Source of the DNA: a bacterium
Lineage (GTDB): Bacteria; UBA10199; 2-02-FULL-44-16; DYJF01
Length of the DNA stretch: 64,000 nucleotides
Direction of reading: 5' to 3'
Assembly (NCBI GenBank): GCA_041739675.1
Contig: JBGSNL010000003.1
Coordinates: forward strand, 5,846 to 69,845
Below the pieces are notes generated by a model. The model made no database searches and had not been told where the DNA came from. It saw only the letters and a program-made list of their open reading frames with translations. The translations under genes were made by a program, and so were the position numbers. Positions 18,353 through 28,169 of this stretch are shown one piece after another; the first letter of the stretch is position 1, and each line of letters begins with the position of its first letter.

Positions 18353-19619
18353 ATTCTTCGTTCAAGCGGAAGAGCCTGCAGAGGGTGTCGGCAAGGATGA
18401 TGCGTTCAAGGTCGTCTGATCCGCCGTCTTTGAGCTCTCTTGCGGCGTCGTGAAGAATCTTGGCGACTATGGATTGGGTTCCGGCCTCAATGATCTTTTT
18501 TTGCCTGTCATCAAGGCCCGAAAGTTTAGCGAGAGTTTTTTCAGCTTCCTGGGCGCCCAGGGCCTCCAGCTTTCGGCCCAGCATCGCAATTGTTGTAAGG
18601 AATTCGGGTTTTGAAAGTTCGAGAAAAAATTTGTCCGATTCTTCGCTTACCATGGCCTCGGCTTTTTGGGCTTCCATCGCGCGTCTTTCGCTGTTCTCTT
18701 TCGCGATGTGGCTCAAGTCATCTATGTTGAAAAGATGCACGTTCCTGATTTCGGAGACCTCCGGTTTCACATCCCTGGGTGTTCCTAGATCTATAATCAC
18801 CATGGGACGCGAGCGGGATTTGGCCGCACCCGCTATCATTTGTTCATCAATTATCGGCCGGTTCGCACCCGTTGAGGAAACTATTATGTCGGCGCGTCTC
18901 ATCGCCGATGAGAGATCGTCCCAGCCGATTGCCTCTCCTCCAGTGTGCTCTGCTATTAGCACGGCTTTTTCAAACGTCCGGTTCGCTACAAGGATGCGGC
19001 CGGTTCCGTATTTTTTGAGCTGTCTCACGACCAGCGCGCCCATCTCGCCGGCGCCCACCACGAGCACCGTCAAATTGGACAGATCTTCCAGATGTCTGGC
19101 CGCCAGATCCACGGCGACTGAAGCTATGGAGACCTGGCCCTTTCCAATCCCTGTCTCGGTGCGGATTTTTTTGGCCACGCCAATCGCTTTCAGCATTGCG
19201 CGGTCGATGAAGGGACCGGTTGTGCCCTGCTCCCTGGCTCTTGAATAGGCCTCTTTGATCTGTCCTAATATCTGCGCCTCGCCAACGACCATCGCGTCAA
19301 GACTCGATGCGACGCGGAACAGGTGCCTCATCGCATCCGGCCCCGTTTTTTCGTACCAGAAATCCGCCGACGAAGAAGGATCGACGCCCGCTTCCACGCA
19401 GAGCTCGTGTCGGAGTTTGCCGCCGACGGACCGTTCTCCGTCTGTTACCGCATAAATCTCAAAACGGTTGCACGTGGCCAGATACAAAGCTTCATTGATG
19501 ATCGAGCTGCCTTTAAGTCTGCCAAGAAATTCGTAGGCGTCATCGGGCTCGAAGGCGAACCGCTCCCGGAGCGAAATAGGCGCTTTCCGATGATTTATTC
19601 CGATGGTTAAAAATTCCAT
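18351..19619 (-). CDS. hemA: Glutamyl-tRNA reductase
   Basis: N-terminus LTIGINHRKAPISLRERFAF and the catalytic Cys context ATCNRFEIY. Confidence 0.9.
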   Translation of the reverse strand: MEFLTIGINHRKAPISLRERFAFEPDDAYEFLGRLKGSSIINEALYLATCNRFEIYAVTDGERSVGGKLRHELCVEAGVDPSSSADFWYEKTGPDAMRHLFRVASSLDAMVVGEAQILGQIKEAYSRAREQGTTGPFIDRAMLKAIGVAKKIRTETGIGKGQVSIASVAVDLAARHLEDLSNLTVLVVGAGEMGALVVRQLKKYGTGRILVANRTFEKAVLIAEHTGGEAIGWDDLSSAMRRADIIVSSTGANRPIIDEQMIAGAAKSRSRPMVIIDLGTPRDVKPEVSEIRNVHLFNIDDLSHIAKENSERRAMEAQKAEAMVSEESDKFFLELSKPEFLTTIAMLGRKLEALGAQEAEKTLAKLSGLDDRQKKIIEAGTQSIVAKILHDAARELKDGGSDDLERIILADTLCRLFRLNEE

Positions 19620-19620
19620 T

Positions 19621-20595
19621 TTATTTCCAGACGCCCGGGATCTTTTCGTTGCAGAACCTGCAATAACCGTCTTTCAGGTTGTTTTCAAGGACTATGTAAC
19701 CGCTTCTTTTTATGACGATTTTTTTGCATTTGGGGCATTTTGTGTTCTCAAACTCGTTTGGCGGTACATTTCCGACGTAAACGTATTTGAGTCCGGCATC
19801 TACCGCCGCCCGGGCGGTATCCATAAGTGTGGCTACAGGCGTCGGATATAAATTTGTGAGCCTGTAGAGCGGGAAGAAACGGGTGAAATGGATCGGCACA
19901 TCGGGGCCCATCTCGTTTAAAACCCACGAGATGATTTCTTTTAACTGTTCCGGCTTGTCGTTCATCGTCGGAACGACGAGATGGATGATCTCGAAGTGCA
20001 CGCCCAATTTTTTCGCGATCTTCAAATATCTTTCGACCGGACCCCGCGTGCCGCCGACAACGTTTCTGTAAAATTCGGGGTTCCCCTTGAACGTGATGGA
20101 CGCGCCGTCTGTCACGGAGAGAATTTCGTGCGCCGGAGCGTCGTTTAAAAACGCGGCCGTCACGAGAACGTTTTTTATCCCTTTCGCGTGCGCGGCCCGG
20201 CTCGTGTCCAGCGCGTATTCATAAAACGTGCTGGGGTCGGAATATGTGTACGCGATGGAAGGGCATTTGTTTTTCTCCGCCTCGCGCACGACGTCTTTCG
20301 GCATCATCTCCATGGATTCCACTTCGTCGGGATATTTCTGGCTGATGTCCCAGTTCTGGCAATAGAGACAGTGAAGGTTGCAGCCTGCGGTGGCGATGGA
20401 AAAGATGGAAGACGACGGCAGAAAATGGAAAAGAGGTTTTTTCTCGACGGGATCGATATGGGCGGCACACGGTTTTCCATAAACCAGCGTTAAGAGCTCG
20501 CCCTCGCGGTTGTAGCGCGAACGACAATAGCCGTGTTTGCCCGGTTTGATCGTGCAGCCGCGCGGACAAAGTTCGCACAAAATATCTTTGCTCAC
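19621..20595 (-). CDS. Radical SAM enzyme, PflA-like, probably the AmmeMemoRadiSam-system type (AmrS)
   Basis: Cys-rich N-terminus (CELCPRGC...GYC). Radical SAM motif CNLHCLYCQNW. C-terminal CPKC...CRFC zinc-ribbon-like pairs. Confidence 0.55.
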   Translation of the reverse strand: MSKDILCELCPRGCTIKPGKHGYCRSRYNREGELLTLVYGKPCAAHIDPVEKKPLFHFLPSSSIFSIATAGCNLHCLYCQNWDISQKYPDEVESMEMMPKDVVREAEKNKCPSIAYTYSDPSTFYEYALDTSRAAHAKGIKNVLVTAAFLNDAPAHEILSVTDGASITFKGNPEFYRNVVGGTRGPVERYLKIAKKLGVHFEIIHLVVPTMNDKPEQLKEIISWVLNEMGPDVPIHFTRFFPLYRLTNLYPTPVATLMDTARAAVDAGLKYVYVGNVPPNEFENTKCPKCKKIVIKRSGYIVLENNLKDGYCRFCNEKIPGVWK

Positions 20596-20870
20596 GGTTT
20601 CGCCTCCCCGGCTATCTTCAGGTGGCGCGCGGGCTCGCTTGAAAGTTTTCCGTCCTTGATCATCTTCTCGGTGACGGCCGTGCGGTTGCCTTCCTCCTTC
20701 AGCCGCTCCCTGTAGGTCGATTCAAAAAAATTCTCCGGTTGAGCCCGCTGCGGTTGCGCTGCGGCAGCCGGTTCGGGCGCTGCCTTCTCGGACGTTTTGT
20801 AAACCGCCCATGCGGTGGCGGCCAGGATCGCAAGTATTATCGGTATGAGGACGAGATTTTTGAGCTTCAT
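20592..20870 (-). CDS. Small membrane-anchored protein, unknown function
   Basis: Single N-terminal TM helix. Reading frame nested tightly between the polyferredoxin gene and the radical SAM gene, with overlapping stop/start codons. Confidence 0.4.
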   Translation of the reverse strand: MKLKNLVLIPIILAILAATAWAVYKTSEKAAPEPAAAAQPQRAQPENFFESTYRERLKEEGNRTAVTEKMIKDGKLSSEPARHLKIAGEAKP

Positions 20871-20871
20871 A

Positions 20872-22041
20872 TTATCTCCGGAATTTCAGGCGCACCTTTG
20901 TGCCCAGCCTTGAAAGCAACTCCACAACGAGCCCCGTGGGACAGAAGATGCGGCACCACGGGCGCCTTAGAAAAAGCGCCGCGACGAGAATTGTCCCGGA
21001 CTGGATCCAGACCGCGCTTCCGGCGTCGGGAGCAAAACAGCGCGAGAATGGCTCCACGTTTCTGAATGCCGGCACGTTGAAAGCGACGACCGCCACGATC
21101 ACCGCTGCCAGGACCAGCCACCTGATCCGGCCGGCGTGCTTCATCCATTTATCGTCTACTCCGCATTTGGGAATCTTTGCGGCGGAGGCCGCGTCCTGCA
21201 TCGCTCCGAACGGGCAGAGATATGAGCAGTAAAGCGGGCCCTTGAAGAGCGCGGAGACGACGGCGAATATAAGAAGCGAGAGAAGTGCCAGATTGTTGAT
21301 GCCGGGAATATCGCCATATCCGAGATCCAGAAAATTTCCGATCGACACCGGTGTGTTGAAGAGAAGGCCGATCACGATGAATGAAAGAAGGAGCGAGGAG
21401 GAGCGAAGTATGCGTTTCCCGGGCATGTAGACCGCGAGGATTGAAAATCCGATGAGAAAAAGCGCCGCGATGCCCGCGATCTTGGGCCTGTCGATAATGA
21501 CGTTACTTATTGCCGATTTTTTTTTTGACGCTTCGGAGAAAATTCCGCTCTTCAGAACCTTGTCAGCGGCCGCAAGAGACGCGGCGTGAATATCCTCTTT
21601 CATGGCCTGGGAAGATATCGTGGCGCCTGTCACGGTTTCGATTCTGCTCCAGTCGTCGGTGGGTTTCATTCCAAGAAAGCGTTTGAAAAATCCTGCGGAG
21701 ATTATTCGCTGCATGTGTTCGGGGCTGTCCTGATGGGCCAGAAGTTTTGTCCCGGTGATCGCACCCGATTTATCGACGCCCACAAGGACCGATAGCTCGT
21801 CCCTGTAACCGCCTATTTCAGGCGGAACCCTGGTTGTGATGACGGCGACCCCTGCCAGGCTGCCTTCGGAGTCAAAAAGGCTGTAACAGTCGATGGGCTC
21901 ACTGAGATGTTTGAAGCTTTTGGCCCCGGGGACCATGGAAAGGATATCCTTTTGAGAGGGCTCGGAAACGGGGCCGGCGGCGAATGCGCCAGCCGAGATG
22001 AGGATGATCAGAAAAATTGTAATTTGCCTGATCGCGGACAT
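20872..22041 (-). CDS. Membrane FMN-binding-domain protein with two 4Fe-4S CxxxCP motifs (NosR/NapH-like polyferredoxin)
   Basis: Start chosen at MSAIRQITIFLIILISAGAFA (signal peptide). Periplasmic FMN_bind-like segment (TGATISS). TM helices. CSYLCPFG and CRIFCPTG motifs. Confidence 0.6.
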   Translation of the reverse strand: MSAIRQITIFLIILISAGAFAAGPVSEPSQKDILSMVPGAKSFKHLSEPIDCYSLFDSEGSLAGVAVITTRVPPEIGGYRDELSVLVGVDKSGAITGTKLLAHQDSPEHMQRIISAGFFKRFLGMKPTDDWSRIETVTGATISSQAMKEDIHAASLAAADKVLKSGIFSEASKKKSAISNVIIDRPKIAGIAALFLIGFSILAVYMPGKRILRSSSLLLSFIVIGLLFNTPVSIGNFLDLGYGDIPGINNLALLSLLIFAVVSALFKGPLYCSYLCPFGAMQDAASAAKIPKCGVDDKWMKHAGRIRWLVLAAVIVAVVAFNVPAFRNVEPFSRCFAPDAGSAVWIQSGTILVAALFLRRPWCRIFCPTGLVVELLSRLGTKVRLKFRR

Positions 22042-22102
22042 GGCCGGAGTATGGGCCGACTCCCCTTGACGTGTCAATAGCAGGGGTTGTATAGGCCGGT
22101 TT

Positions 22103-22486
22103 ATGTATAAATGGACTCTATTGCTTTGTCTTTTGGTTGTCATTTCCTGCGGAGGCACCTCTTCCGATTCCGGATTTTTCGACGATGTGCCCACCGGTTC
22201 GTCTCCGGTCGTTTCGCGGCTGGATCCGGCCTCCGGCCCCGTCGGAACTTTGGTGACAATTTACGGTCTGGGATTTTCATATATCGCGCCGACGAATATT
22301 ATTGCGATGGGAACCGGGGCCGCTGTTGCGGAGAGTTATTCTATTTTAGCTGCCCCTACCACCGACGAGATCGAAACACTCACCTTCACGGTGCCGACGG
22401 GGCTTGCACCCGGAGCTTATCCGGTGGTAGTTGTCGTGCACGAAATTCCAAGCAACTCCGACGTGCAATTCACGGTGACGCCATGA
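22103..22486 (+). CDS. Small lipoprotein with an IPT/TIG-like Ig-fold domain
   Basis: Signal peptide plus lipobox (LLVVISCGG). PVVSRLDPASGPVGTLVTIYG is IPT-like. Stop overlaps the downstream kinase start (ATGA). Confidence 0.5.
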   Translation: MYKWTLLLCLLVVISCGGTSSDSGFFDDVPTGSSPVVSRLDPASGPVGTLVTIYGLGFSYIAPTNIIAMGTGAAVAESYSILAAPTTDEIETLTFTVPTGLAPGAYPVVVVVHEIPSNSDVQFTVTP

Positions 22487-23520
22487 CGGAACTTTCAAAA
22501 GATCGCCTGAACACGATGTTTCGCGAGACACTGAAAAGCGACTCGCCCGTGCGAACGATTACAAAGCTCCACGGCGACGCCTCATACCGCACATATTTCC
22601 GGGCCACATTGGAGGACGGGCGCACTTTCATACTGATGAAGATGCCTCTGGGAAAAGCCTCCGCCTCGGAGGAGATAACCAACTTCAACGGCACGCACAA
22701 GGAGCTCCCCTTCATAAATGTCGCACGCTTTCTGAAAAGCCACGGGATCAACGTCCCCGAGGTGCGCCGCTATTATGAAGACGACCACATAATGATCCTT
22801 GACGATCTTGGCGATAACATCATGGCGAAGATTGTGGAAGGAGGCGGCGACGATGTGAGGCAGGCGTGGTACAGGCGCGCGGTCGATCTTTTGATCGAGC
22901 TCCAGAAAAAAACGTCGGTCTCGCACAAGTTCGAGTGCGTGGCCCTGCAGCGTTCGTTCGACGCCACGCTTTTGAACTGGGAGTTCGATCATTTTCTGGA
23001 ATACGGAATCGAGGAGCGGAGGCTCAAGAAGATGGGCGATGCCGACAGGGACCTGTTCGTGAAGGAGACAAGAAAAATATCGGCTGCTATCTCGGAGCTC
23101 CCCTACGGTTTCACTCACCGCGATTTTCAGAGCCGCAACATTCTCATAGTGGGAGACGATCTCTACCTCATCGATTTTCAGGACGCGCTTATGGGCCCTG
23201 CTGCATACGATCTTGTCTCGCTCTTACGCGACTCGTATGTGAAGCTCTCTGAACCGCTTCTCGATCGCCTCATCGAATATTACTGCGACAAGAAAGGCAG
23301 GGACTGCAAAACTTTCAGGCACGAATTCGATCTTGTCACCTGCCAGAGAAAGTTGAAGGATGCCGGACGGTTCGTCTACATCGACCGCGTGAAGAAAAAT
23401 CCCGATTTCCTGAAATATATACCGACGTCTCTGGGCTATGTGCAAAGTGCCATGATAAAACTTCCCGAATGCCAGCCTTTATACGAGATGCTCAAAAAAT
23501 ACGTTCCGGAGTGGAATTGA
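22483..23520 (+). CDS. Aminoglycoside-phosphotransferase-fold kinase, AmgK-like (anomeric MurNAc/GlcNAc kinase candidate)
   Basis: APH-family catalytic motifs HRDFQSRNILI and IDFQDA. Translationally coupled (TGATG) to an NTP-transferase gene, as in the AmgK-MurU arrangement. Confidence 0.6.
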   Translation: MTELSKDRLNTMFRETLKSDSPVRTITKLHGDASYRTYFRATLEDGRTFILMKMPLGKASASEEITNFNGTHKELPFINVARFLKSHGINVPEVRRYYEDDHIMILDDLGDNIMAKIVEGGGDDVRQAWYRRAVDLLIELQKKTSVSHKFECVALQRSFDATLLNWEFDHFLEYGIEERRLKKMGDADRDLFVKETRKISAAISELPYGFTHRDFQSRNILIVGDDLYLIDFQDALMGPAAYDLVSLLRDSYVKLSEPLLDRLIEYYCDKKGRDCKTFRHEFDLVTCQRKLKDAGRFVYIDRVKKNPDFLKYIPTSLGYVQSAMIKLPECQPLYEMLKKYVPEWN

Positions 23521-24251
23521 TGGAAGGCGAAATCAAAAAAGCGATGGTGCTTGCGGCGGGGCTGGGAACGAGGCTTAGGCCCCTCACATACAAAGTTCCG
23601 AAGCCGCTTCTGAAGCTGGATTTGCACAGGCTGATCGACTATTCATTATATTATCTTTCGCGCTACGGAATTTCAGGGGTGATGATAAATCTCCACCATC
23701 TCGGCGATATGATACGCGAATATGTCGGGGACGGCAGCCGATATAATCTCAAGGTCTCATATTCGCATGAACCTGAAATTCTGGGGACCGGCGGCGGGAT
23801 AAAAAACTGCGAGTCCTTCTTTGAGGGAAAACCTTTTGTCTCGATCAACTCGGATTCTCTTTTGAATGTGGATCTCGCATCGGCGATCAAAAAACATTTT
23901 CAGAGCGGGGCCCAAGCTACGATGGTCTTGAAAAAACGTGATTCCTCCGATCCGTATGACGGCATTGAAATAGAAAACGGGTTCGTCAAAAAAATCGGAG
24001 GAGATGGCGGCTATTTTTATACAGGGCTGCAAATAATAGGCCCCGAACTTTTAAAGGAGCTGCCTCCGAAGGGGACGGCCTCCTGTCTCATCAAAGACGG
24101 ATACCGGAGGTTGATGGAAAAGGGCGGAAAAGTTGCTGCGTTCATCTACGACGGTTACTTCAACGATCTGGGCACACCGGAGCGTTACGAGCAGGCAAAA
24201 AAAGACGTGGCAAGCGGCGCCTACGGGCTGGAGGCCGTTTCCAGATTGTAG
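23520..24251 (+). CDS. Nucleotidyltransferase, MurU-like (sugar-1-phosphate uridylyl/guanylyltransferase family)
   Basis: N-terminal MVLAAGLGTRLRPLT...KPLL NTP-transferase motif. Confidence 0.65.
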   Translation: MEGEIKKAMVLAAGLGTRLRPLTYKVPKPLLKLDLHRLIDYSLYYLSRYGISGVMINLHHLGDMIREYVGDGSRYNLKVSYSHEPEILGTGGGIKNCESFFEGKPFVSINSDSLLNVDLASAIKKHFQSGAQATMVLKKRDSSDPYDGIEIENGFVKKIGGDGGYFYTGLQIIGPELLKELPPKGTASCLIKDGYRRLMEKGGKVAAFIYDGYFNDLGTPERYEQAKKDVASGAYGLEAVSRL

Positions 24252-26686
24252 ATCTCGATCCCGCATGTGTCAGACGAAGCCAAGAGCCGGTTTTCAAATT
24301 CATCAAACATCGCAAGCCCGTTGAAGCGGCAAGTGTCGCAGCTCGAATCCACCTTCGGGACCTTCGGGTCCGATATGTCAATCACCCAGAATGGTTTTGA
24401 CGCGCCTTCAGGCGTGGCGACGTAGAGTTTTTTGGATGTTGCAACGATGGAGGAATTTGAAAATCTTTCCGTCGCTGCAGCCGAGGCGGGCAGCGCGGTT
24501 GCCGAGATGTCGGTCGTTGGATCGGCAGCACTTCTTATCTTGATGGTCTTGCCTTGTATGAATGCAAACGTTTCTCCCGTCTCATCGAAATCGAGATCCA
24601 TCACGTTTTCGAGAGGCGTGGTGAGACTATTTATCGCCGACGGCGCCGCTCCCGATGACGGATTTATGTCGAACGAGAAAAGGCCGGCGGCGCAGGAAAA
24701 CGTGACGGTGTAAACGCCGGCATCGCTTTTCGTTATCTTTTGAATGCGCGCCCGCTTGTCTCTCTCATCGCCCTTGTAGGAGATGGTGCTCGTGGTGCCC
24801 TGAAGGTTGGGATTGAATTTTGAGTCCGCGAACCCGCCGCCGTAGACAGTTCCCTGATAATAATGTTTTCCGCCCGCGTAGCCGTAAAGCAGCGCGAATA
24901 GCTTGCCGCTATAGAGAGCGATATCGGCCACGCCGCGCCCCTGTTCAAGGGCGTCCTTGTCGCTTGCCGAAACTGGAGGGAAATCCTTGAAATGTTTTGA
25001 GTCACCGGTGCGCGGGAAGGAGAGCTGCCCTCTCGTGGTCGTATCTTCCCCCTTCTGCCATTCTATGCGCCACGCGTCGCCGGGGGCCGACCATGCGAAC
25101 GCCAGGTTTTCCCCCTTGTAGGCGGCGCGCGCGACGTAGGAACCGGGTGTAGGCGTTGCAATCGAAATTTTTTTGCGCTCCTTGTCGTTTTCAAGATAGA
25201 GAATTCCGCCCATTTCGGATTCGAGATCCATTGAGACGATGTAGAGGCCGTTTGCATCCTCCATCCGCGTCCTGATGGCGCCGGTGTCGACGATGAGAAA
25301 CGTGCCGTCCGGCTGAACCACCTCAAGAGACGAGGCGCCGCTTCCGTCTTCGCGTTTCACCGCCACGAACGTCGCAGCGGTGTAGTTAGCACCGCTGATA
25401 GTCGCCACACCAAGGTTAGCCGGTACGCCGCCCAGAAGGTCGTTTCGTCCGTCAAACGATGAGCTTGTATTCCAGAGCTCTTCGCCCGTCACCGGGTCCG
25501 TGGACCTTGTCATCACCGCAAGGAAGTTGGGCGCGCGCAAGGTGATGATGTCGTTTCCCGCGGCCATGTGGAAGATGAGCGGCGGGGCGTTCTCGTTTAT
25601 TTGATAGACGAACGGGGCGCGCGCAAAGTAGGCGGCCTTTTCGGTTACCTTGGTGAGATCGCGATAGATGAAAAATCCGGCCGTGAAAGCGTCGAATCCG
25701 CCGCTTGTTTTGGCCTTTGTGAGATCCCCGCTTTTCGCTTTTTCGCGCATGCAGGCGAGCTTTTCAGCGTCGGTAGACTTGTCGCATTTTGTAATTAGGA
25801 AATTCTGGGCCGCCGCATTTTCATAGGCCAGTCCCGCAACGTAGAAGTTGACCCCGTCGGTGGAGACGTCCGTCGGGATGAAAGAATCGAAGCCCGTGAA
25901 CTTCCCCGCCTCCGGTGTGAACGAAACATTCGTAACCGCTTTCGTTCCGATATCGACCATGCGGACAATTGTTTCGGCCTGGCCCGTCATAATATTTTGA
26001 AGAATCGGATCGAACACCTGTTCGAATGTTGGAGTGAGCCCTCCCTGCACGGTTTTTTGCGCGAGCAGGAATATCTTCGATTCGGTGACTGCAAGTCTCA
26101 CGGGCAGATACGCCGTTTCGCCGTCCTTGAGTTCAGCCGACGATACGATCTTTGACGGTGCGGTCTTGCTTGCCACTCCGTCTTCGGTCGTCGACATCAC
26201 GCTTCCGTCGCCCGTTATGAAATAGAAATTCTTTTTATCACCGGTCTTGGCAATTGCGACGGCAACCACCCCTTCAGGAACCGACAGGAAGGCTTTTTCG
26301 GCCAACGTTCCGTCATCGGCAAGAATGACAACACCCACGCCGCGTTCGGTACCGTAAAATATTTTTGGATCCGCGCCGGTGCCGAAAGAGGCCATATCGG
26401 TCACGGCGCCCTGATTCTTAAGAAGAAGCGGACCCAGTGTCACGCCGCTCGATGCGTACTGTATCGAGGAGCCCAGCCCCCAGATGATCAGCGGAATCGG
26501 TTCCGAATCCGGGATCGAGACAAGGGTACTGGCGACCGCGCGTATCTGGCCGCCGATGCCTCCCTGATAATAGTTGAGGATGTTATCGGCTTCGCTCAAG
26601 TCCTGAGTGCTTTTACCGCCGCCGCTGCAGGTCCATACAAAAGCGAGAAGGGGCAGGCAGATTAAAAGAAGTAACAGTCGTTTCAT
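24221..26686 (-). CDS. Large secreted lipoprotein, unknown function
   Basis: Start chosen at MKRLLLLLICLPLLAFVWTCSGGG. No recognisable catalytic motifs. Beta-rich composition. Confidence 0.45.
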   Translation of the reverse strand: MKRLLLLLICLPLLAFVWTCSGGGKSTQDLSEADNILNYYQGGIGGQIRAVASTLVSIPDSEPIPLIIWGLGSSIQYASSGVTLGPLLLKNQGAVTDMASFGTGADPKIFYGTERGVGVVILADDGTLAEKAFLSVPEGVVAVAIAKTGDKKNFYFITGDGSVMSTTEDGVASKTAPSKIVSSAELKDGETAYLPVRLAVTESKIFLLAQKTVQGGLTPTFEQVFDPILQNIMTGQAETIVRMVDIGTKAVTNVSFTPEAGKFTGFDSFIPTDVSTDGVNFYVAGLAYENAAAQNFLITKCDKSTDAEKLACMREKAKSGDLTKAKTSGGFDAFTAGFFIYRDLTKVTEKAAYFARAPFVYQINENAPPLIFHMAAGNDIITLRAPNFLAVMTRSTDPVTGEELWNTSSSFDGRNDLLGGVPANLGVATISGANYTAATFVAVKREDGSGASSLEVVQPDGTFLIVDTGAIRTRMEDANGLYIVSMDLESEMGGILYLENDKERKKISIATPTPGSYVARAAYKGENLAFAWSAPGDAWRIEWQKGEDTTTRGQLSFPRTGDSKHFKDFPPVSASDKDALEQGRGVADIALYSGKLFALLYGYAGGKHYYQGTVYGGGFADSKFNPNLQGTTSTISYKGDERDKRARIQKITKSDAGVYTVTFSCAAGLFSFDINPSSGAAPSAINSLTTPLENVMDLDFDETGETFAFIQGKTIKIRSAADPTTDISATALPASAAATERFSNSSIVATSKKLYVATPEGASKPFWVIDISDPKVPKVDSSCDTCRFNGLAMFDEFENRLLASSDTCGIEIYNLETASSP

Positions 26687-26748
26687 ATTTCCACCTCTCT
26701 TAACCCCCTCGGAAATCATAGCACACATGCGCATTGGAGGGAAGCGGG

Positions 26749-27336
26749 CTATTTCTCAAATACGAGAATGCACCTCTTCTCGCCTGCTGCAGCCTGGTAC
26801 TGGTGATTGGAGGAGAGCTTGAGGCCGTATTTTTTAATCGTCTTATCGGCGGTTTTAAGCTCCTGCTGCCATTTTGCGCCTTTCATGGCTATGATCCTTC
26901 CACCGGCCTCGAAGTAGGGCTCCCCAAGCTCAAGGTATAGCTCCAAAGGCCACGTCGCGCGGGAAACGACCGCGTCGAAGGGGCCGTGTGTCCTGAAAAA
27001 CTCAGGGTCCTCGGCGCGCCCCTGATACGCCTCGATCCCTTTGAGTCCCAGCTCGAAGACCACCTGCCTCAAAAAATTCACCTTCTTCCTGTTGGAGTCC
27101 AGAAGGGAGACATGGATATCGGGGCATTCTATTTTGATGGGGATGCCGGGAAATCCCGCGCCGCTCCCGATGTCGATGAGAGTTTTTGACCGGCCGAGAA
27201 AGGGGATCACCGCCTTCGAGTCGTCAAAATGTTTTGTGCGTATTTCGGCGGGATGGGTCGCGGCGGTTAAGTTCACAATCTTCGACCACTTTGCGATGAG
27301 GCCCAAGTAGTGATCGTATTGTTCTTCCTTGGTCAT
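26749..27336 (-). CDS. rsmG: 16S rRNA (guanine527-N7)-methyltransferase
   Basis: SAM motif IDIGSGAGFPGIPIKI. RsmG-like N-terminus and length. Confidence 0.8.
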   Translation of the reverse strand: MTKEEQYDHYLGLIAKWSKIVNLTAATHPAEIRTKHFDDSKAVIPFLGRSKTLIDIGSGAGFPGIPIKIECPDIHVSLLDSNRKKVNFLRQVVFELGLKGIEAYQGRAEDPEFFRTHGPFDAVVSRATWPLELYLELGEPYFEAGGRIIAMKGAKWQQELKTADKTIKKYGLKLSSNHQYQAAAGEKRCILVFEK

Positions 27337-28169
27337 ATCGATATCTTCGTAAGTTCCCGCGAGAGTTTTACTTTCACGTCAAGCCCCATGCGGCGGACAA
27401 ATTTCAGCGCCTCTTTGCCGATGCGGTCCAGATTCCTGTCGGCCGCCCACGGATCATAGTGGAAGAGGAAAAGCCGGCCCACGCCCGCCGCCGCGGCGAG
27501 CATTATGGGATAGTTGACGGGGCTGTGTCCCCAGCCGATCTTCCCTTTGTACTGTTCAGGCGTGTACTGCGCGTCGTGGATCAAAATGTCCGCGCCCTTG
27601 AGCCAGCGGATGAAGGCCATACCCTTTCTGACCGACGGCTCGTTATCGCTTGCATAGACGACCGTTTTTTTATCCGGCAAAATAAATTTTAGGGCATATG
27701 ATCCGTCAGGATGATTGCATTGGAAAGTTTCAACCTTCACCGGTCCTATTTTGATCCGGCCCTTCGAAAATTTTCCGAAGCGGACATTGGCCTGCGTCTT
27801 CAAAATATTTACAGGAAAATACGGCGGGCTCAAAAGTTTTTTGAGGCTCGATTTAAGGCCGGCGCTTGTTCTTCCCGGACTTGCAATCGTCAATCGGCTC
27901 CCTTTTTTGTAGAGCGGCTTGAAAAATGGAAGGCCCATCACGTGATCCAGATGAAGATGCGAAAGTAAAATCGTTGCCTCAGTTTTTTTTCTTCTGACCA
28001 GGTCTCTGCCCAGGGCCCTGATGCCCGTGCCCGCATCGCATATAATGATGCTTTTTCCGGATTTTATTTCGACGCAGGGGGTGTTGCCGCCGTATTTTGC
28101 AGTGTCAGGGCCCGGCGAGGCCGTTGAGCCTCTCACTCCCCAGAAGGTTATTTCGATTTTTTTCGGCAT
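27333..28169 (-). CDS. MBL-fold metallo-hydrolase
   Basis: HxHxDH motif (LSHLHLDHVMGLPFF). Confidence 0.65.
   Translation of the reverse strand: MPKKIEITFWGVRGSTASPGPDTAKYGGNTPCVEIKSGKSIIICDAGTGIRALGRDLVRRKKTEATILLSHLHLDHVMGLPFFKPLYKKGSRLTIASPGRTSAGLKSSLKKLLSPPYFPVNILKTQANVRFGKFSKGRIKIGPVKVETFQCNHPDGSYALKFILPDKKTVVYASDNEPSVRKGMAFIRWLKGADILIHDAQYTPEQYKGKIGWGHSPVNYPIMLAAAAGVGRLFLFHYDPWAADRNLDRIGKEALKFVRRMGLDVKVKLSRELTKISI

Noticed and set aside
18460-19248. 262-aa plus-strand ORF antisense to hemA. Similar long antisense ORFs occur at 8524-9360, 15324-15809, 16038-16787, 30113-31312, 36407-37090, 45168-46208, 52050-52670 and elsewhere.
   Set aside because: These lie entirely inside well-supported genes on the opposite strand. 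They have Arg/Ala/Ser/Pro-rich low-complexity translations typical of shadow ORFs in GC-rich DNA and no recognisable motifs.
22057-22090. TTGACGTGTCAA palindrome / possible sigma70 promoter between the divergent polyferredoxin gene and the IPT lipoprotein gene
   Set aside because: Only a 5 bp inverted repeat with 2-nt spacing, and the -10 element is weak (TATAGG). Not strong enough to call a regulator site.
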